Shown here piece after piece: positions 19,177 through 32,914 of a stretch of DNA of 64,000 nucleotides. A program made the translations under genes and the position numbers. Origin of the DNA: Moniliella sp. 'wahieum' (lineage: Eukaryota). Position 1 is the stretch's first letter, and each line of letters starts with the position of its first letter. The notes under the pieces were generated by a model. That model was not told the DNA's origin. It searched no databases and saw only the letters and a list, made by a program, of their open reading frames with translations. Location: positions 62,001 through 126,000 of the forward strand of contig RSEE01000099.1 in assembly GCA_003971905.1 (NCBI GenBank). Reading direction: 5' to 3'.

Positions 19177-20573
19177 ATGCGCGTCCGGCCCGCGCAGGCA
19201 GCCCGGCTGCGCGCCCACCCGCCCCTCGCCCACGACGGCACCTGGCACCTCGCCCATGCCCATGCGCCCCTGCCTCTCGGCCATCCCACCCACCCACGCC
19301 CTCTACCGCCCCCTCCCCCCTCTGCCCCCCCACTCCCCCACGAGAGCGACAAGGAACGAGACGAGCAGACCGCCCCGCATCCCACCCAGATCGCGGTGGA
19401 GCGGATCTGGCGCGCGCGCGATCAGCGCAAAGGCCGCCACGCTCTCCGCATCCACCATCCCCGCCGTGTCGCTGTGCCCGCCGCCATCCCTGCCTCGACC
19501 CAGAGTGTGCGCGCGTGGGTTCTGGCATTGTCCGCCTCTTTACCCAGTTCCCCTTCTACGACCTCTCCTACCTCCTTGCCTTTACCTTTACCTTTGGCTC
19601 GGTGGTCTGGTGTGTCAATGGCTTCTTTGCCTGGCTGCCTTACCTCCATCCGAGCTGGACCTTCCCAGGGGAAGTCCTGGATGGTGGCGGGATCACTGCG
19701 CTGGTGGGTGCCACAGTGTTTGAGGTGGGTGCGGTGCTCGGGCTACTCGAGGTGTTTAACCAAGGCACATCTGCCTCCTTTGGCTGGGCCCTCGAGCTGC
19801 TCTTCCTCCCCATAAGCCACACCCACCCATCTGACCCAACTTCACCTCCAGTCCCAGTCCCAGACCGGGACCAGGCCCCGGACCAGGACCCAGACCCGGT
19901 CCAGGCCCACCTGCTCCGCGCCGAGGCGGACAAGTACGCGGATACGCGCCCGGCGAGGCTAATCAAGCACAAGCCTCTACCCACTTGCTCCCTTTCTGGG
20001 GACGAGGAGCAGTCGCTAGCATCGGATTCGGTGACGATGCGCAACGCGGATGCGGCGGCGGTGCGCGCGCAGTACCGGGCGCAGGCTGAGCAGTTTCGGT
20101 GGTGGGTCGGCTGGAAAGAGATCCGATCGCGGTATTGGTACGATCTTGGGTTTTGGGCCAACGTGACGCAGTTGGTGGGTGCGACGTTGTATTGGATGTC
20201 GGGCATTGTGGGTACGCCCGGGATTTTGAACCGGTTGAATGAGCGCACTGAAAATGGGGTGTATTATCTGCCGCAAACTGTCGGGGGCGTCTTTTTCGTC
20301 ATTTCCTCGAGCCTGCTCATGCTTGAGACGCAAACCCACTGGTGGCGACCGTCACTCGGCGTCTTGGGCTGGCACATTGCGTTTTGGAACTGGATTGGCG
20401 GGTTGGGGTTCATGTTGTGTGGCGCATTGGGCTTTGGCGCGTACCGCAACTCGGGAGTGGGGTACCAGTCTACCCTGACTACCTTTTGGGCCTCGTGGGC
20501 GTTCCTGATAGGATCCGTGTTGCAGCTGTACGAATCCCTGGACAAGTACCCGGTCACGCATCAAAAAACCTAA
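19177..20573 (+). CDS. Conserved fungal integral membrane protein (about 6-7 TM, duplicated FxxGSxxW / QxxGAxx[YF]W-type segments); start approximate
   Basis: WRARDQRKGRHA, FPFYDLSYLLAFTFTFGSVVWCVNGFF, GFWANVTQLVGATLYW, GWHIAFWNWIGGLGFMLCG, TFWASWAFLIGSVLQLYESL. Confidence 0.75.
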
Positions 20574-21397
20574 CCTGAGCTGTCATGGCATGGCATAACG
20601 ACACCTTCTGGGTTGCTCCTCTTCCCCTCTACAGTCAACATTCACTCGTTGGTCCCGTGTGATCCCTCTACCCTGCTGGTTGCTGTCTTATCTTGCCAAG
20701 CGGGACGAATTGCTACAAGGATGCTGCCGTCCCTATCTGTAATGCTTTCGTACTTATGGTGTGCCCCTCCTCGCACACGTTGGGCTATGTATTATGCTGC
20801 TGCTACTCCCCTTATGCGTGCCATTAGCGGATGTCTCGTTGGTAGTGGGCCAGGCAAGGAAACTGCTCTTCGTCCCACTTCAGAAGGGGACCAGCTGTGG
20901 CTGATATTGACCATGGCTATATCGCACCCCCTCCCGCACGTGGCAGCCACGCCGGACCTATATCCATCCCTCTGCAAAAGGTGGCCTGTAGATCGATCGA
21001 TCTCACGGGCATCCATCTATACTAGTCTTCTATCGAGACGGGCCCAAATTTGGAGTACAGTGGTCAGTACCGACCCACTGAAGCGCACCGAGGAAACTGG
21101 ATCAAGTACTATTCTACCCACACCCCCCAGCGTGGGAGAGGAGGGCAACGAGGTACGCCGCATAATGCATCATGGCAACAGTGAGTAGAAAAGAGGGGAA
21201 GGGAGTCAGAGGCTCAATGGAGCTATTGGTAACATGTAACAACGCTACCCATGTGGAGACGCGAAGGATGGGATGAGATCGGTCAGAGATACATGTACCC
21301 CATCAAGCTGCAAGCTTCAAGTGGCCATGCTCCACCACACAAGTCCCGACCAAATCCAACCCATTGCAAGGCTGATCGCTGATTCACCATGTCCACA

Positions 21398-24300
21398 TCA
21401 GCGCCGCCCAGCCGCGCTGCGCGGGCCGGGCCCCCGTCTTCTGGGCCAACGGGACGGGCCCGGGATCGACAGGGAAACCCCTCCGCGCCCTTCCTGCACC
21501 CGCGACCGCACGTGGGTCGTCCGGCCCCATGTGGCGGAATGCGCAGGAGCCCGAGGTGGAGCCTGAGGCGCCGCACCCGGAGGAGCAAACGGAGGAGAAC
21601 CGAGAACCAAAAGGAGGCGGGGAGGAACGTTTGCACCGTCTGGCCCGTCACGCCCAATGCCCAGGGTGTGTGGCAGAACTAGGATGGGGAATGCGATGAG
21701 CTGCATCGGGGCCAAGGGCGCCGGCAACTGGAGTAGCGGAGCGCGACGGAAGGCGTGCCGTCCCTCGGTACGCCGGGTCCCGCTCGGGTCCGAGACGGAA
21801 GGGAGGACCGAGTAGGTCCGCGTTCGTCTCGTGTGGCCAGGTCGGTTGAGCGCTGGGTCGAGTGGTCAGACGAGTCGTGGGAAGGCTGCGACTGGGGAGA
21901 AGGGTAAGAAGGGTACTGGGAAAAGAGGGGCGGAGCGGGCGGAGCGGGCGGAGCGGCCTCCCAGCCGTCCGTGTCGTGCGACGAGGCGACACTGGCGCGT
22001 GCCGAATCGGGTGCCACTGGTCGACAAGGGGGGAGGGGGACGCATCGTACTGCAGGCTGCTTGGTTGGCTGGGAACAGATTGCAAGCGCAGTTGGTCGCC
22101 GCTCGCGTTCAAAGTCGGCCCAGCGTTTCATGGGATAAAACTAGGATCGAAGGATGCTGCCCTTGGTCGTCTTCGGCAGAGGGGTCGCCCTTGCCCTTGG
22201 GACCTGGTGCGCCTTGGATGAACGGGTGGCACCCAGCTAAAGTCATCAAAGTGCCAAAAGGCGTAGGTGGGCAAGACCATGTTCCAAATCGGCAAGGACA
22301 CGAGTAATCGCCATCCAGCCCACGTAAGACCACTTGCGCGACGTGACGACGATCAGTACACCTGGCAAGCCGAGATATGGCCAGCAAGACCAGGGATGAT
22401 GTGGAATGTGGTGCCTTGGCGCCATCGACACCTGCAATCACCACGACATAAAAGGTAAATACCAAGGCGGCCGGTAAGACCAAGGTGCCCACTAGTTCCA
22501 TCGCAATCATAAACCGCATACTGAGCAACACGCCACAGAGCTCGTTGACCACACCAATTCGAACAAGTTGTGCACCGTCGAGTTGATCCACCTCGTCGTT
22601 GCGACAACAACACCTTAAACGTATCTGGCACCACAGTCTTGCAGACGGCTTGCGGCACAAACATCTTGCGTTTGGGGAACGTCTTGAGCATCAGCGTCGT
22701 CAAGTACCGATCCTCCCCCAGCAACAGAAGGTTCTTTTTGTGCAGTGTATCCACCACGTTTTCCGAATAATGTTCCACAATGTCGGGGTTGGCCAGGATG
22801 GGGACCCAGTATCCGTTCGGTCCCTTGGGTGCCTTGATCCGGTACGCGCTAAAGCAGCTGGTAGACACGTTACCCCACCAAAGCACGCCTCACACGCCTT
22901 TTGCGAGTGATGAGAAATGTAGTATTCGAATACTGCAAAGAGAGAACATAGCAAGGCCAACAGAGATGAGAGACAGAGGCAAAGACAGAGGAGCCGGAGG
23001 GTCAGTGACCAATCAAAACAAAGCAAAACAAGACCAATTGAGAAGGGAAAAACGGCGTGTTGTTGTATTCTTTGAACGTACCTTGAATCATGGTGACCCA
23101 GGAATGAGATTTATTGGCGACCTTGGTCTCGCCACACAGGCCATGATCTCCACATCTTCCACCATGCAGGATACCATGCGGGAGAGGGCGTCGGGGAAGA
23201 CCTTGGTATCGGCGTCGACCATCAAGATGATTTCAAATCTGTCGGGTTGGACGCCGGTGGTACGCCAGATGGCATTGAAAAACTCGTATTCCAACCGGGT
23301 CATGCGTTCGTCAAACATGACCTTTTGCAAAAAGGCCATCAAGATCATTTGACTGTCGCGCTTGCCGCGGTTGCCCGGCTTGGCCGTGTCCATCTCGAGC
23401 GGAGAACCACACTTGGCAACGAGGATCATGGGCACGCGCTGTTGTTTGCTCCGCTCCACCGTCGCATTGTCATAGTCGTAAAAGCCACCGTACACTTTAG
23501 CCATGTTGTGACGTTTGTACCCATCCGCAATGGCTACGTACGAGTGTCCCTCCACATCTTCCGCTGGAACAATCAGGTCCTTCATCAGGCTCAAGCAAAT
23601 GTCGGGCGTGGACAAGTCGGATCCGTCGCCCTTGACAATCCCATCGGCAATGACCAGCAAGAGTTTGTGGCTGTTGGGGTAATCGGTGGTAGCCAAGGAA
23701 TCCAGCGTCGTACGCAACCCTTCAAAGGACTCGGAGTAGGCTGTGACGAGAAAATCGAGTGCGCAAGCGGGAAGCCAAACGGCCATAAAATCGGGGGACG
23801 GTTGCGGCACCACGTTGACCAGCGGGAACGGGCAGCGCGACTCGGTCGGGGCTTGGGTAGTAGTAGCCTGGCTGGTGGAGCCAGTGGACAGAGCCATCCC
23901 ATGCGCGTCCGAGAAGGAGGAGTGGCTGGATCCCCAGAGGCCAGGGGAGGTGGCGTTGGGGGTGGCGGAAAGGTCCTTGGACATGCTCATCAGTTTCTCA
24001 GACGCAAGGCGAGCTTGCACACTCGCCTTGTTGGCGTTGGCATGACTAAGCGGGACGAAGAAGGCAGGATGGTCCGGGGCTTTTGAATGCTCTTTTTGGC
24101 GTTGGGACGGTAGCGGCTGGGGCGGGACGGTAAATGTCGGAAGACCAAGCCTCAATTCTTGCCTGCGCTTTTTGCGTTGTTCGGCCGTCTGGTTCTTGCC
24201 GTACGCGCCAGTCGCCACGACAGGCACCAACCAAAGATGACGGCCATGAAAAACCGGATGAGGACAACGCCGGATAAAGACGAGGGACAAGTAGAGTTCG

Positions 24301-26264
24301 ACACTGGACGCCACACAGCCAATCGTTTGCGAATCAATTGCCCAACGCCCACGATCTGTTCGAGGCAGTCAAACTCCTTGGCCACGCCAACTTGACCGCG
24401 ACGACGAAAGGTCCTTTCCAGCCCAGGTACTGTTCCGAGGACTGAGCTGATTGAAGAGGGGCGGATAGTTGAGCGTCGCCTTCCAGCATCAAAAGACGGT
24501 CGAGATCCAAGACGGTATCCTTGTAGACGGCCAAGTTGCGTGGGGCGAATACACGTCTTCCCACAGTAATAGACGTTGCCTTGGTTCTTGAACCCAGTGC
24601 TGTCCTTGACTGCTTTCTGGTTGCGTGAAGCGAGCTTGTGGGTCATGTCGGTCCGGATCGAAGCCGAGTGGCACATGTCTGTCGGACTTTGGCCGCCATA
24701 CCAGGGGCGACGAATTCTGAGGAATAATGCTGCAGGGAAAGTAGTTGGCTGGGCCTCCCAGCGGGGACGTTCCCCCGGGTGGGTTCCCCGACTTGGAGGT
24801 GATGAGTCCAGTACATTTTCCATCGACTTTTTGGAAGAGAACGAGATATCCTTGCCGCCCGTCAACCACGGATCCGAGTAGGCTGGGTTGGTATGGTTGT
24901 ACAGTGTGTTGGCACCAAACGGACCGACTTGAGGATGAAAAAATTGTTCATATCCACCTCAATGCCGTACAGGATGCTGGATCCCGTGTCGACCGAGCCG
25001 GCCTTGTACCGGTTGGCCGGCTTACCACACACGGTTTGGGTAAAGCCAAAGGTGAGGAAGCCGACAAAGGCCATCGCCACCAATACCACGCCCAACAGAC
25101 CAATCTTTTCTCGCCACGCGCGCTGCTGATCGGGCGTCTTGATCCCGCACATGCTCATCAAGGAGCTCGGGATAAAGCAGGTGAGGACAAACGAGTAAAT
25201 CATAAACGGACCTACCGGTCCAGGAGCCAGGCGACTGGGTTTGAACTCGCCCAAGTCACGCGGTACCTCGGTACTCTTATCCTTATCGCGCCTCCCCCGT
25301 CGGGCTGGTGACGACGAATGGAGACGCCGCGCTTGAGCACATTGATTGCCGTTTCGAGCTGGTCATCATCCCTTCCCAGAATGGATTTGCCACGACGGAT
25401 ATTGGCCGCCCGCCCGCTGGCCCCGATGCCGGCCCGCGACCCAACCCACCCGGCGGGATGTTGGACACAGGCTGGCCGCCACCGGGACGGAGACCCAAGC
25501 CACTGAGTCCACCGCCGGGGCCGGCCTGGTTGCCCAGCTGGCTGCCGAGAGGCAAGGCACCGTTGTAGGGCATGTGGCCAGTGTTGGATGGCAGGTAGCC
25601 CGGGCCCGGGGTGGAGGAGGAGGCCGCCTGCAGCTGGGCCGCATGGTTGCGGTAGTACCATTGGCGGTGGCTTGGGTCCATCCTCTCCCGGTCAGGGCGG
25701 ACAAGGGAACGCTTGCGTTTGAACTCGGGGTTGGGGCGTGCGGTAGAAGAGGGAAGGAGAGGGGGGCTGCTCGGGGTCGTAGCTCAAGGCGTCGATGGAG
25801 GGTGGCAGGCCGGGCAAGCCGGCAGCGGCGTCGGATGTGCTACTGTGGTGTTTACGAGGATGGGCATGGTGGAGTAGGGGTTGGGGAAAGAGGGGCTGCT
25901 GTCGGACGTGACGGAGCCAATTTGGTGGTGCTCTGGTCAGGGCGAGGGGCGGTGGTGTGGGATGGGGCGGCGAGGCGAGCGCGGGCAGGCGGGCTAAGGG
26001 AGGTGAAGGACGGTGGGGCGAGGGAGAGGAGGAGGAGGAGTGGCGGGCAGGCGGCGGGGGGTGCCTACGCTCGTGGCCGTCGGGCAGGGGCAGTCGGGCA
26101 GACATGTGTGTGTGTACAGAGAGAGAAGGAGTTAGGGGCGGTGGAGGGAGGAGGGAGGGAGAGGGCATTCGCCTCGCTTGCCGCTTGGGGCTTTCCTTGG
26201 GGCTGCTTTGGTTTGCTTCCCATTGGGCTGCGATGCGTTGGGTCGCTTGTCCGTAGCTCTCCAT
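21398..26264 (-). CDS. CHS3: Chitin synthase, class IV (Chs3-like); intron 22933-23081; 3' end approximate
   Basis: [66 protein letters not shown] across a GT-AG intron, [17 protein letters not shown](R)WINST. Confidence 0.95.
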
Positions 26265-27685
26265 CCCCGGTGAAGCTTGAAGGATGAATCATTAATCATC
26301 GCCATCGGCTGTACCGGCGGTCGGCCGCCGCGAGCGAGGCGAGGAGCGAGCAGCAACCAAACTTAGAGTGCGTTGCGGAGACTGCCCTGGTGCGGGTGGG
26401 GCGCCCAGGCGCAGGGCAGTGCTGCGCAGCGCCACCGCGCTGGGACGCGGCACGGGGGACACACGCTCGCAGGCGTCGGCAGACAGGCGCCGTGGCCTCC
26501 GCCGCGGATGGCAGCGATCGCCTCCTCGTCTGGCCACTCCGCTCCTGCCTCCCCGGCCCTCGCCGGCTGCCTCGATGGTCGTCCGTCGCTCGAACCCCGT
26601 CACGCGTCAGACCCCAGGCCTTGACGTTTACCGTTTGCCCCCAGCACCAACCCTCCCTCTTCATGTCGCTCAACTTGAGCACTGCCCCTCTCGCTCCCAA
26701 GCATTCGTCCTGTACGGTGATCATATGCTTCTGCGGTATATATGGCCACTTGATCTGCACCCGCGCCACGCCACACGCTCTCCGCTCGACAATGCTCGTC
26801 GATCGTCATTAATCATCGCCTCAATCGCTCATCAGCATCATCGACGTCATCTCTCGCCACATGCTTCCAGACACGGAGCTGCGACGCCTAGATGTTGCGC
26901 ATGCTATATCCGGAGACGAGAGAGACGCGGTGTGAGAGAATGGGTGTGTGGGTATATTGGTCATCTTGGTCGTGCTGTTGCCGGGGTAGAGAGCGGGTTG
27001 CACAGGGGATGCAGCACATGTGGGAGGGACGGAAAGCGGAGCGGAGTGCTGAGCCAAGGAGCACGTATTCACGTTCACGTTTCGCTCGTTACTTATTGCT
27101 GGTGGGCGCAAGGCTGGATCCGATGGTGGATTAGCTCTCGTCTTTTGTTTTTTGACTCAGACTGCCATCGACGGGGAAGGAGCTGGGCGGACGGAGGGCG
27201 AGTGCGGAGGTAAGCGTGCGCACGCCAGCACAGCCTGAGCGCGGAGGCTGAGTGGGCCAGGCTGGAGCGAGCAGGACGCGGTCGGAGGACTGAGTGTGCT
27301 GATACTCAAGTGCGAACTTAGTTGATACTCAGGGGCGCCCAGACCAGAGCGGGGTTAAGGTTAGGCGCCATACGCAGGCGGCTGCCGGCGGGGAACACAC
27401 ATCACACCGCTGACATCACCAGCGCCTGCGCCACACTGCGCCGAGCCCGCCTGTCACACACAGGGGCTTGCGGGGGGGTGGCCCATGTCACGTGTGCCTG
27501 GCAGGCGGATCGGAGGACACCAGCATCACCCAGAAAGCACATCAGCGCAGACCCCGCACGTGAATCAGCGTCAATGCGGGGGCTACACAGTATGCGTCGC
27601 CACACCTGCTATATACATACACACTGCTATATACACCCCTCCGCCTGCGCCTCCACCCCCCCTCTGCCCCCCGCCCGTCCCCGCC

Positions 27686-30600
27686 ATGCTCTCGTCCCTC
27701 GCCCACGCCTCCGCCGCCTCCTCGCCCCCCTCGCCCCCTCGCCCCCCTCCTCCCTTCTCGCCCTCGCCCCCCCCCCCCGCAGCCCCACCCCCGCCCCAGA
27801 GGAGCCCCCCCCCGCCCTCTCCCGCCCGCCCCCCTCAGCCCCCCTGTGCGTTGCCAGCGCCGACACCACCGCCTCTCTCGCCCCTTCACCCATGGGCCCA
27901 GTGCGTTTTCCCCCTCCCTCTCGGAACGCATGGCAGAAACTGACGCTGCCCGCGTTGTGTCCTCGCCCATCCATCACCCCACAGCCTTGCTCCCCGAACG
28001 CATTGCCTCGACCATCACCACGGCCTCGGTCATGGCGCGTCTGTCGCTCAGCACATCGGCCTTTTGCATGGACACCGTGCTGGATGCGTGCCGCTTTAGT
28101 ACCTCGGCCACGCTGGGGTTACGCGCCGTGCGCTCGTCTCCGTTTGGCCCAAGCCCATCGTGTCCATTGCTTACCACTGCTCCCCCTCTGTACCCGAACC
28201 CCGACCCAGAAACTGAGCCCGGTCGGAGGAAGCGTCGGCTGCCCTCCCTTTGCTCGAGCCTTCGCGCGCCTGGCTCAGCCTGCACAGTCTGTCGGAACGA
28301 ATCCAAGAAGAAGGTTGGCGCGGGCGCGTTGGGCCACATGGTGACGCTCCAGGGCCCATTGAACGTGTTGGATCGGTACAGTGCGCTGTGGACGTTTGTC
28401 ATCACCACTCGGTCACGGCGAGTGAGCTGCTGCTGCTGTCTGCATCAACCTGCTCGAATCGTCCATCCGGGTCGGCTTGGGCACGGCCGACCTGACGATC
28501 CGTATGGTCGATGGCTTGTTTGGCCTGAACGAGACGTCGCGTGCGCTGAATCGGACGAGGGAGATTGTCTGGGACGAATCGTGTACGTTGTTCGCCTTGC
28601 CCGCCCTGCTTCCCTGGGGGCAAAAGAAAAACAATACGGATCAGGATCCCGATCCCGAAACCCACCGGCCCGACCACAAAGCATCCGTCACGCCACGCTC
28701 AAAGCTGTTCGAGCGTGATCCGCGCCTACTTGGCCTTTGCCCTGCTGCAACAAGTTACCGCCAAACGCACGGCGAGCGAACTGCCGTTGCACGTCATGTA
28801 CGACTGCACCGTCCTCACCACTCCAGCAGAGGAAAATTGGCGCCGCATGGTGGTTGCCAAGCATGAGCATGCTCACCACAATCCCACCCACAAGCAACAG
28901 ACCACCATCCAGCCGTCCGACCCGCACCACCGTCCCCTTCCCTCACCTTCGTGGTCCAAAAAGGGCAAAAAGAAGTTGACTCGCGCCTGCAGCACGTCGG
29001 AGCTCACCGTGCGTCCGTCTGTCCCCATGAACAAGTCCGCCCTCTCCTGCGCCGTCGGTCCCTCGCAACGCTTCCCCCCCGCCCTCGCCCTCGCCCTCGA
29101 CCCCGCTCTCGCTCATCTCTTCAGGAGTATGGTGTGGTGGAGGAGACAACAAGAGGTGCGCCGCCGTCCCTCTTCCTGCCATCAGCTCTGTCATCTACCG
29201 CTACTGCTACCGCCACGACTACCACCACGACCACTACCACCACTACCACCACTACCACGACCACCACGCTGACAACCACCAGGAGTAATACGGGTCCTGT
29301 GCCGCCGTGTCCTTGATTCACCCGTACCGACGACCTTCTTCTTCTTCTTCGTCTTGTTCCCGTGTCCAACGGCGAGGGAACCCTTCGCTCCCACCCGCGT
29401 TGCAGGACTACTTGACTGGGACGAAGCGGCTTCGGGGTCGGGTTTGGGTTCGGATTCGGATTCGGGTTCGTGTGCGGTATCGGACAATGAGGAGGAAGCG
29501 AGTGTCGTCCTGCCGGTTCGGTTGTCCCGTTCGATCAGCTCGGGGACCGGGTCGATGCTGAGCTCCATCCTGGCTGTTGAAGACGGGGTGCCAGAGGCCG
29601 TGCCTTGCTCCTCGCTCCAACGGACGAAACAGGTCGTCCCTCGGTCGATCCCTGTAGCTCCGATCAAAGGGGGGAAGAGAGGGAGGAAGAGGAGGATGGG
29701 GAAGAGGAAAGGGGGGGATGCACCAGCTCAACGTTTCTATTCCCATGGCCTCGGTCGAAAGTACAACCGGTCCGTTGCACCTGTACCGCACCGTACGAAA
29801 GACGAGCACTACCCAGCAGCACCACACGGTGCAGCAGGTAGAAGTGTGCAATTCGAACGGAGAGCGTTTTGTGGTGAACCGGACCGTGATGGCCAGTGAC
29901 GGTCTTCCCGCTACAGCTGTACCTGCCTCTGTACCTGCACTTGAGCTTGAGCTTGCACACGAACCTGTCCCGCCTTTGGTTTCTACCGCCCCCGATCCAG
30001 TCCAAGCCCTTCTTCCTCAGGCCCGTCCCATGCCGCCGATTCTAACCCTGCATCCGCTGCATTGCGCGCCCTGGCTCTCGGGCCTGGTGAGCGCTGCGCC
30101 CTCGACCGAGGAGGAGGAGACGGCGTGGGTGTCGGACTTGCCCTCTGCACCGTCGGATTCGACAGTGCGTATGGACGAGGAGAGGGACCAAGTGCCGTTG
30201 CCGGTGCCGGCTCTTGCCGACGACCAGTACCGCTCTGACCGCACCAACGAGGACGCATCCGATGGGCACGCCGATGATGCCATGTGGCAAGGGGCTGCTC
30301 GTCGCGTCTTTCCCGCCTTGCACTTTGTCGACAACCTGTCGCTGTTTGTGCGGCACGCATCGGCCGCGTACGGGCAGCATTTTATGCGCCTGTTCAACAT
30401 TGGGCAGGGGCAGTACATGTTTGGGGACACGAGAGAAGCGCATTCGAACGTGTGTCGTACGCGCACCACGTTGGGATCCCACTGGACAACATATTGCTTT
30501 CCACCTACACCGAGTCGGACTCGCCGCAGATCCACACCGAGCTCATGGACCCGATCGTCAACTTTATCTCGGTCGACGACCGGGCCAAGTGCGTGGTGCT

Positions 30601-32311
30601 GTCCTGCCGCGGCACGCTGGGCTTGAGCGATGTGCTGACGGACAGCGTGTGCGATTACGAGACGATCCAAGTGCCCGGCGGCGGGGAGGCCGGGGCGTAC
30701 TATGCCGTGCACGCAGGCATGCTGGCCTCGGCCATGCGCCTCAAGCCGCCCGGGACAATGGTGCATACCACCTTACGACGCGCGCTCATGCAACGGCCTG
30801 GCTACGGCCTGGTCTTGACCGGCCACAGTCTCGGCGGCGGGGTAGCCGCGCTGTTAGGACTCATGTGGAGCATCCCTACCGCCCACCAAGAAGCCGCTGA
30901 TGGAGACGAAGAGGAGCGCAACGCGCCGCACCCACACCCACACCAACAAACGCGTGACGTACGGGGGGTACGAGTTTGTCACGTCCAAAGCGTCGGGGCT
31001 GCCGATCGGGCGGCCGGTGCACGTGTACGGCTACGGCCCGCCAGCCATGGTCTCGCTCGCGTTATCGCGCCACATGCGCGGGCTCGTCACCTCGCTCGCG
31101 CACCGGCACGACCTCGTCCCGAGCCTGAGCTTGGGCTTTGCCCATGACCTGCATACCATCGCGGACGAGATGATGAGCTGCGACAGCTCAGCCCACTTGG
31201 TCCGCGACGTCTTCTCGGCCATCTTGGGCTTGTATCGGAACCGCAAACTGGTCGCTGCCGCGCGTCAGGCCACCAGTCCCCCTGATGGACCTGATGGACC
31301 TCAGGTGCCCGCACCAGCACCCACCACTCCCTCTCTCCCCCCTTCCCCCTTTGCTGGCTCCACAACGTCCGCTCCAGCGCACCACGCTGTACCTGTCCCC
31401 CCGCCTCGGCCGGCCAGACTGGCGTTGCCAACGACGCCCGCGCGCACGGTCCACTTACGCTGCACCGTACCGAGAATCATGGGCCTGCAGGTCCCCGAGT
31501 ACGAAGCATGCGTTCGAACGCCAGCAAGGGATGGTCCCCAGGCGGGGGGACGGGCCCAAGGTGGTGGCTGGGGGCGCGGCGGAGTCAGAGTCGGCATCGA
31601 CTTCAGCTTCGGCTTCGGCATCAGCTTCGGCTGGATCAGTGTACCATCTGTTGCAGCAAGAGTCCGACACGCGCGAATGGCTCTGGGCGCGAATGCAGCA
31701 AGTGCGGTCGTTGATGCGGGCCGAAAAGCTGTATCCGCCCGGGACGTGTATTTGATTGAGGCCAGGACGGTGTATGTGACGCCAGGCCGGTTTTTTTCTT
31801 CCGGGGACGACGAAGAGCAAGACGAGCAGGAAGAGCAAGAGTGGGAGCAAGAGTGGGAGCAAGAGCAAGGTCCAGCCGTAGGGGCAGCATCAGCCGATGG
31901 GCCGACTCAGCCACGGGCGCCACGCGCCGAGCCCCAACGCACACGAACCAAGGCAACGTACGAGGCCGAACGCGTGGTGCTCCGGTACGTAGAAGATGTG
32001 GAGAAACGGTTTGGGGAACCGCTTCTTTCGCGTACCATGTTTACCGACCATACCCCTCGCAACTGTACGTCCTCCCCCCCTTCTCCTCATTGTTTTACCT
32101 ATTCCTTTTTGTTTTTTCTTTCCCTCCTTCTTATCTACTTGTTTCTACGTGACCCCCACGTAGGTCGAAGATTCGACAGGATACGAATACTGACCCTGCG
32201 TGATTCATCCCCCTCCCGTCTGCCTCTACCTACCCCCTGGCTACAGACGAACACTGCGTTACGCTTTTGCACGAAGGTCTATTTGGCCCCCACCCCCTCG
32301 ACAGGCAGTGA
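27686..32311 (+). CDS. Lipase class 3 (DAG-lipase-like) protein with long low-complexity inserts; intron 32065-32246
   Basis: VVLSCRGTLGLSDVLTD, VHAGMLASA, nucleophile elbow LTGHSLGGGVA, VYGYGPP, HDLVPSLSLG, FGEPLLSRTMFTDHTPRNYE. Confidence 0.85.
29196..29280 (+). repeat. ACN trinucleotide repeat (poly-Thr tract) inside the lipase gene
   Basis: ACC/ACT/ACG codon run. Confidence 0.85.
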
Positions 32312-32554
32312 CGGAGGGTAACCGGCGACCGGTAAGGCCGGTAACCCGCCTTGCTTTCTTGTCTGCTTGCCTTGTTCCTTGTATTCTTGGGCTTTTTTCC
32401 TCCCGCTCGCACGCATGACTCGCTCCCCATACATGGAGTCCAGCTTACCCCCTCCTTCTCTCGTCGTTTTTTATATACCTCTCTTCTCCTGCCTTTTCTA
32501 CCCGCCCCCCCTCTTTGTTTTCTCCCTCCACCCTCTCTTGCCTGTGCACGCTAG

Positions 32555-32667
32555 ATACCATACATACCATACCATACCATACATACCATACCATACCATA
32601 CCATACCATACCATACCATACATACCATACCATACCATACCATACCATACCATACCATACCATACCA
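32555..32667. repeat. (ATACC)n pentanucleotide microsatellite
   Basis: About 22 units with a few 4-nt variants, between the lipase and MTC1 genes. Confidence 0.97.
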
Positions 32668-32914
32668 GCTGGTCCTGAGACGGACTGCCTTTGGAGTTGC
32701 AACCGACCAGGCTTTAAAAGAAGGGGGCACGGGGTCACGTGACGCGCGCGTGCGCTCGGGCCGCGGCCCGCCATGCCATCCACCCACACAGCCCCCGTGG
32801 GGGGGTGGCGCGGCGGCCCACGTGGCGACCCAGCTGGCCAAGCCAGGCACCGCAGGCCCTCCACTCGCCTCGGCGCGCCCCGTCGCCACCGCCCTCCACC
32901 GGCTCTCCCGCTCC

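Noticed and set aside
21398..32311. Biosynthetic or functional gene cluster around chitin synthase and lipase
   Set aside because: Neighbouring genes are functionally unrelated housekeeping genes, with no backbone enzyme or cluster regulator seen.
32555..32667. HTIPY/MVWYG repeat ORFs
   Set aside because: Translations of the (ATACC)n microsatellite.
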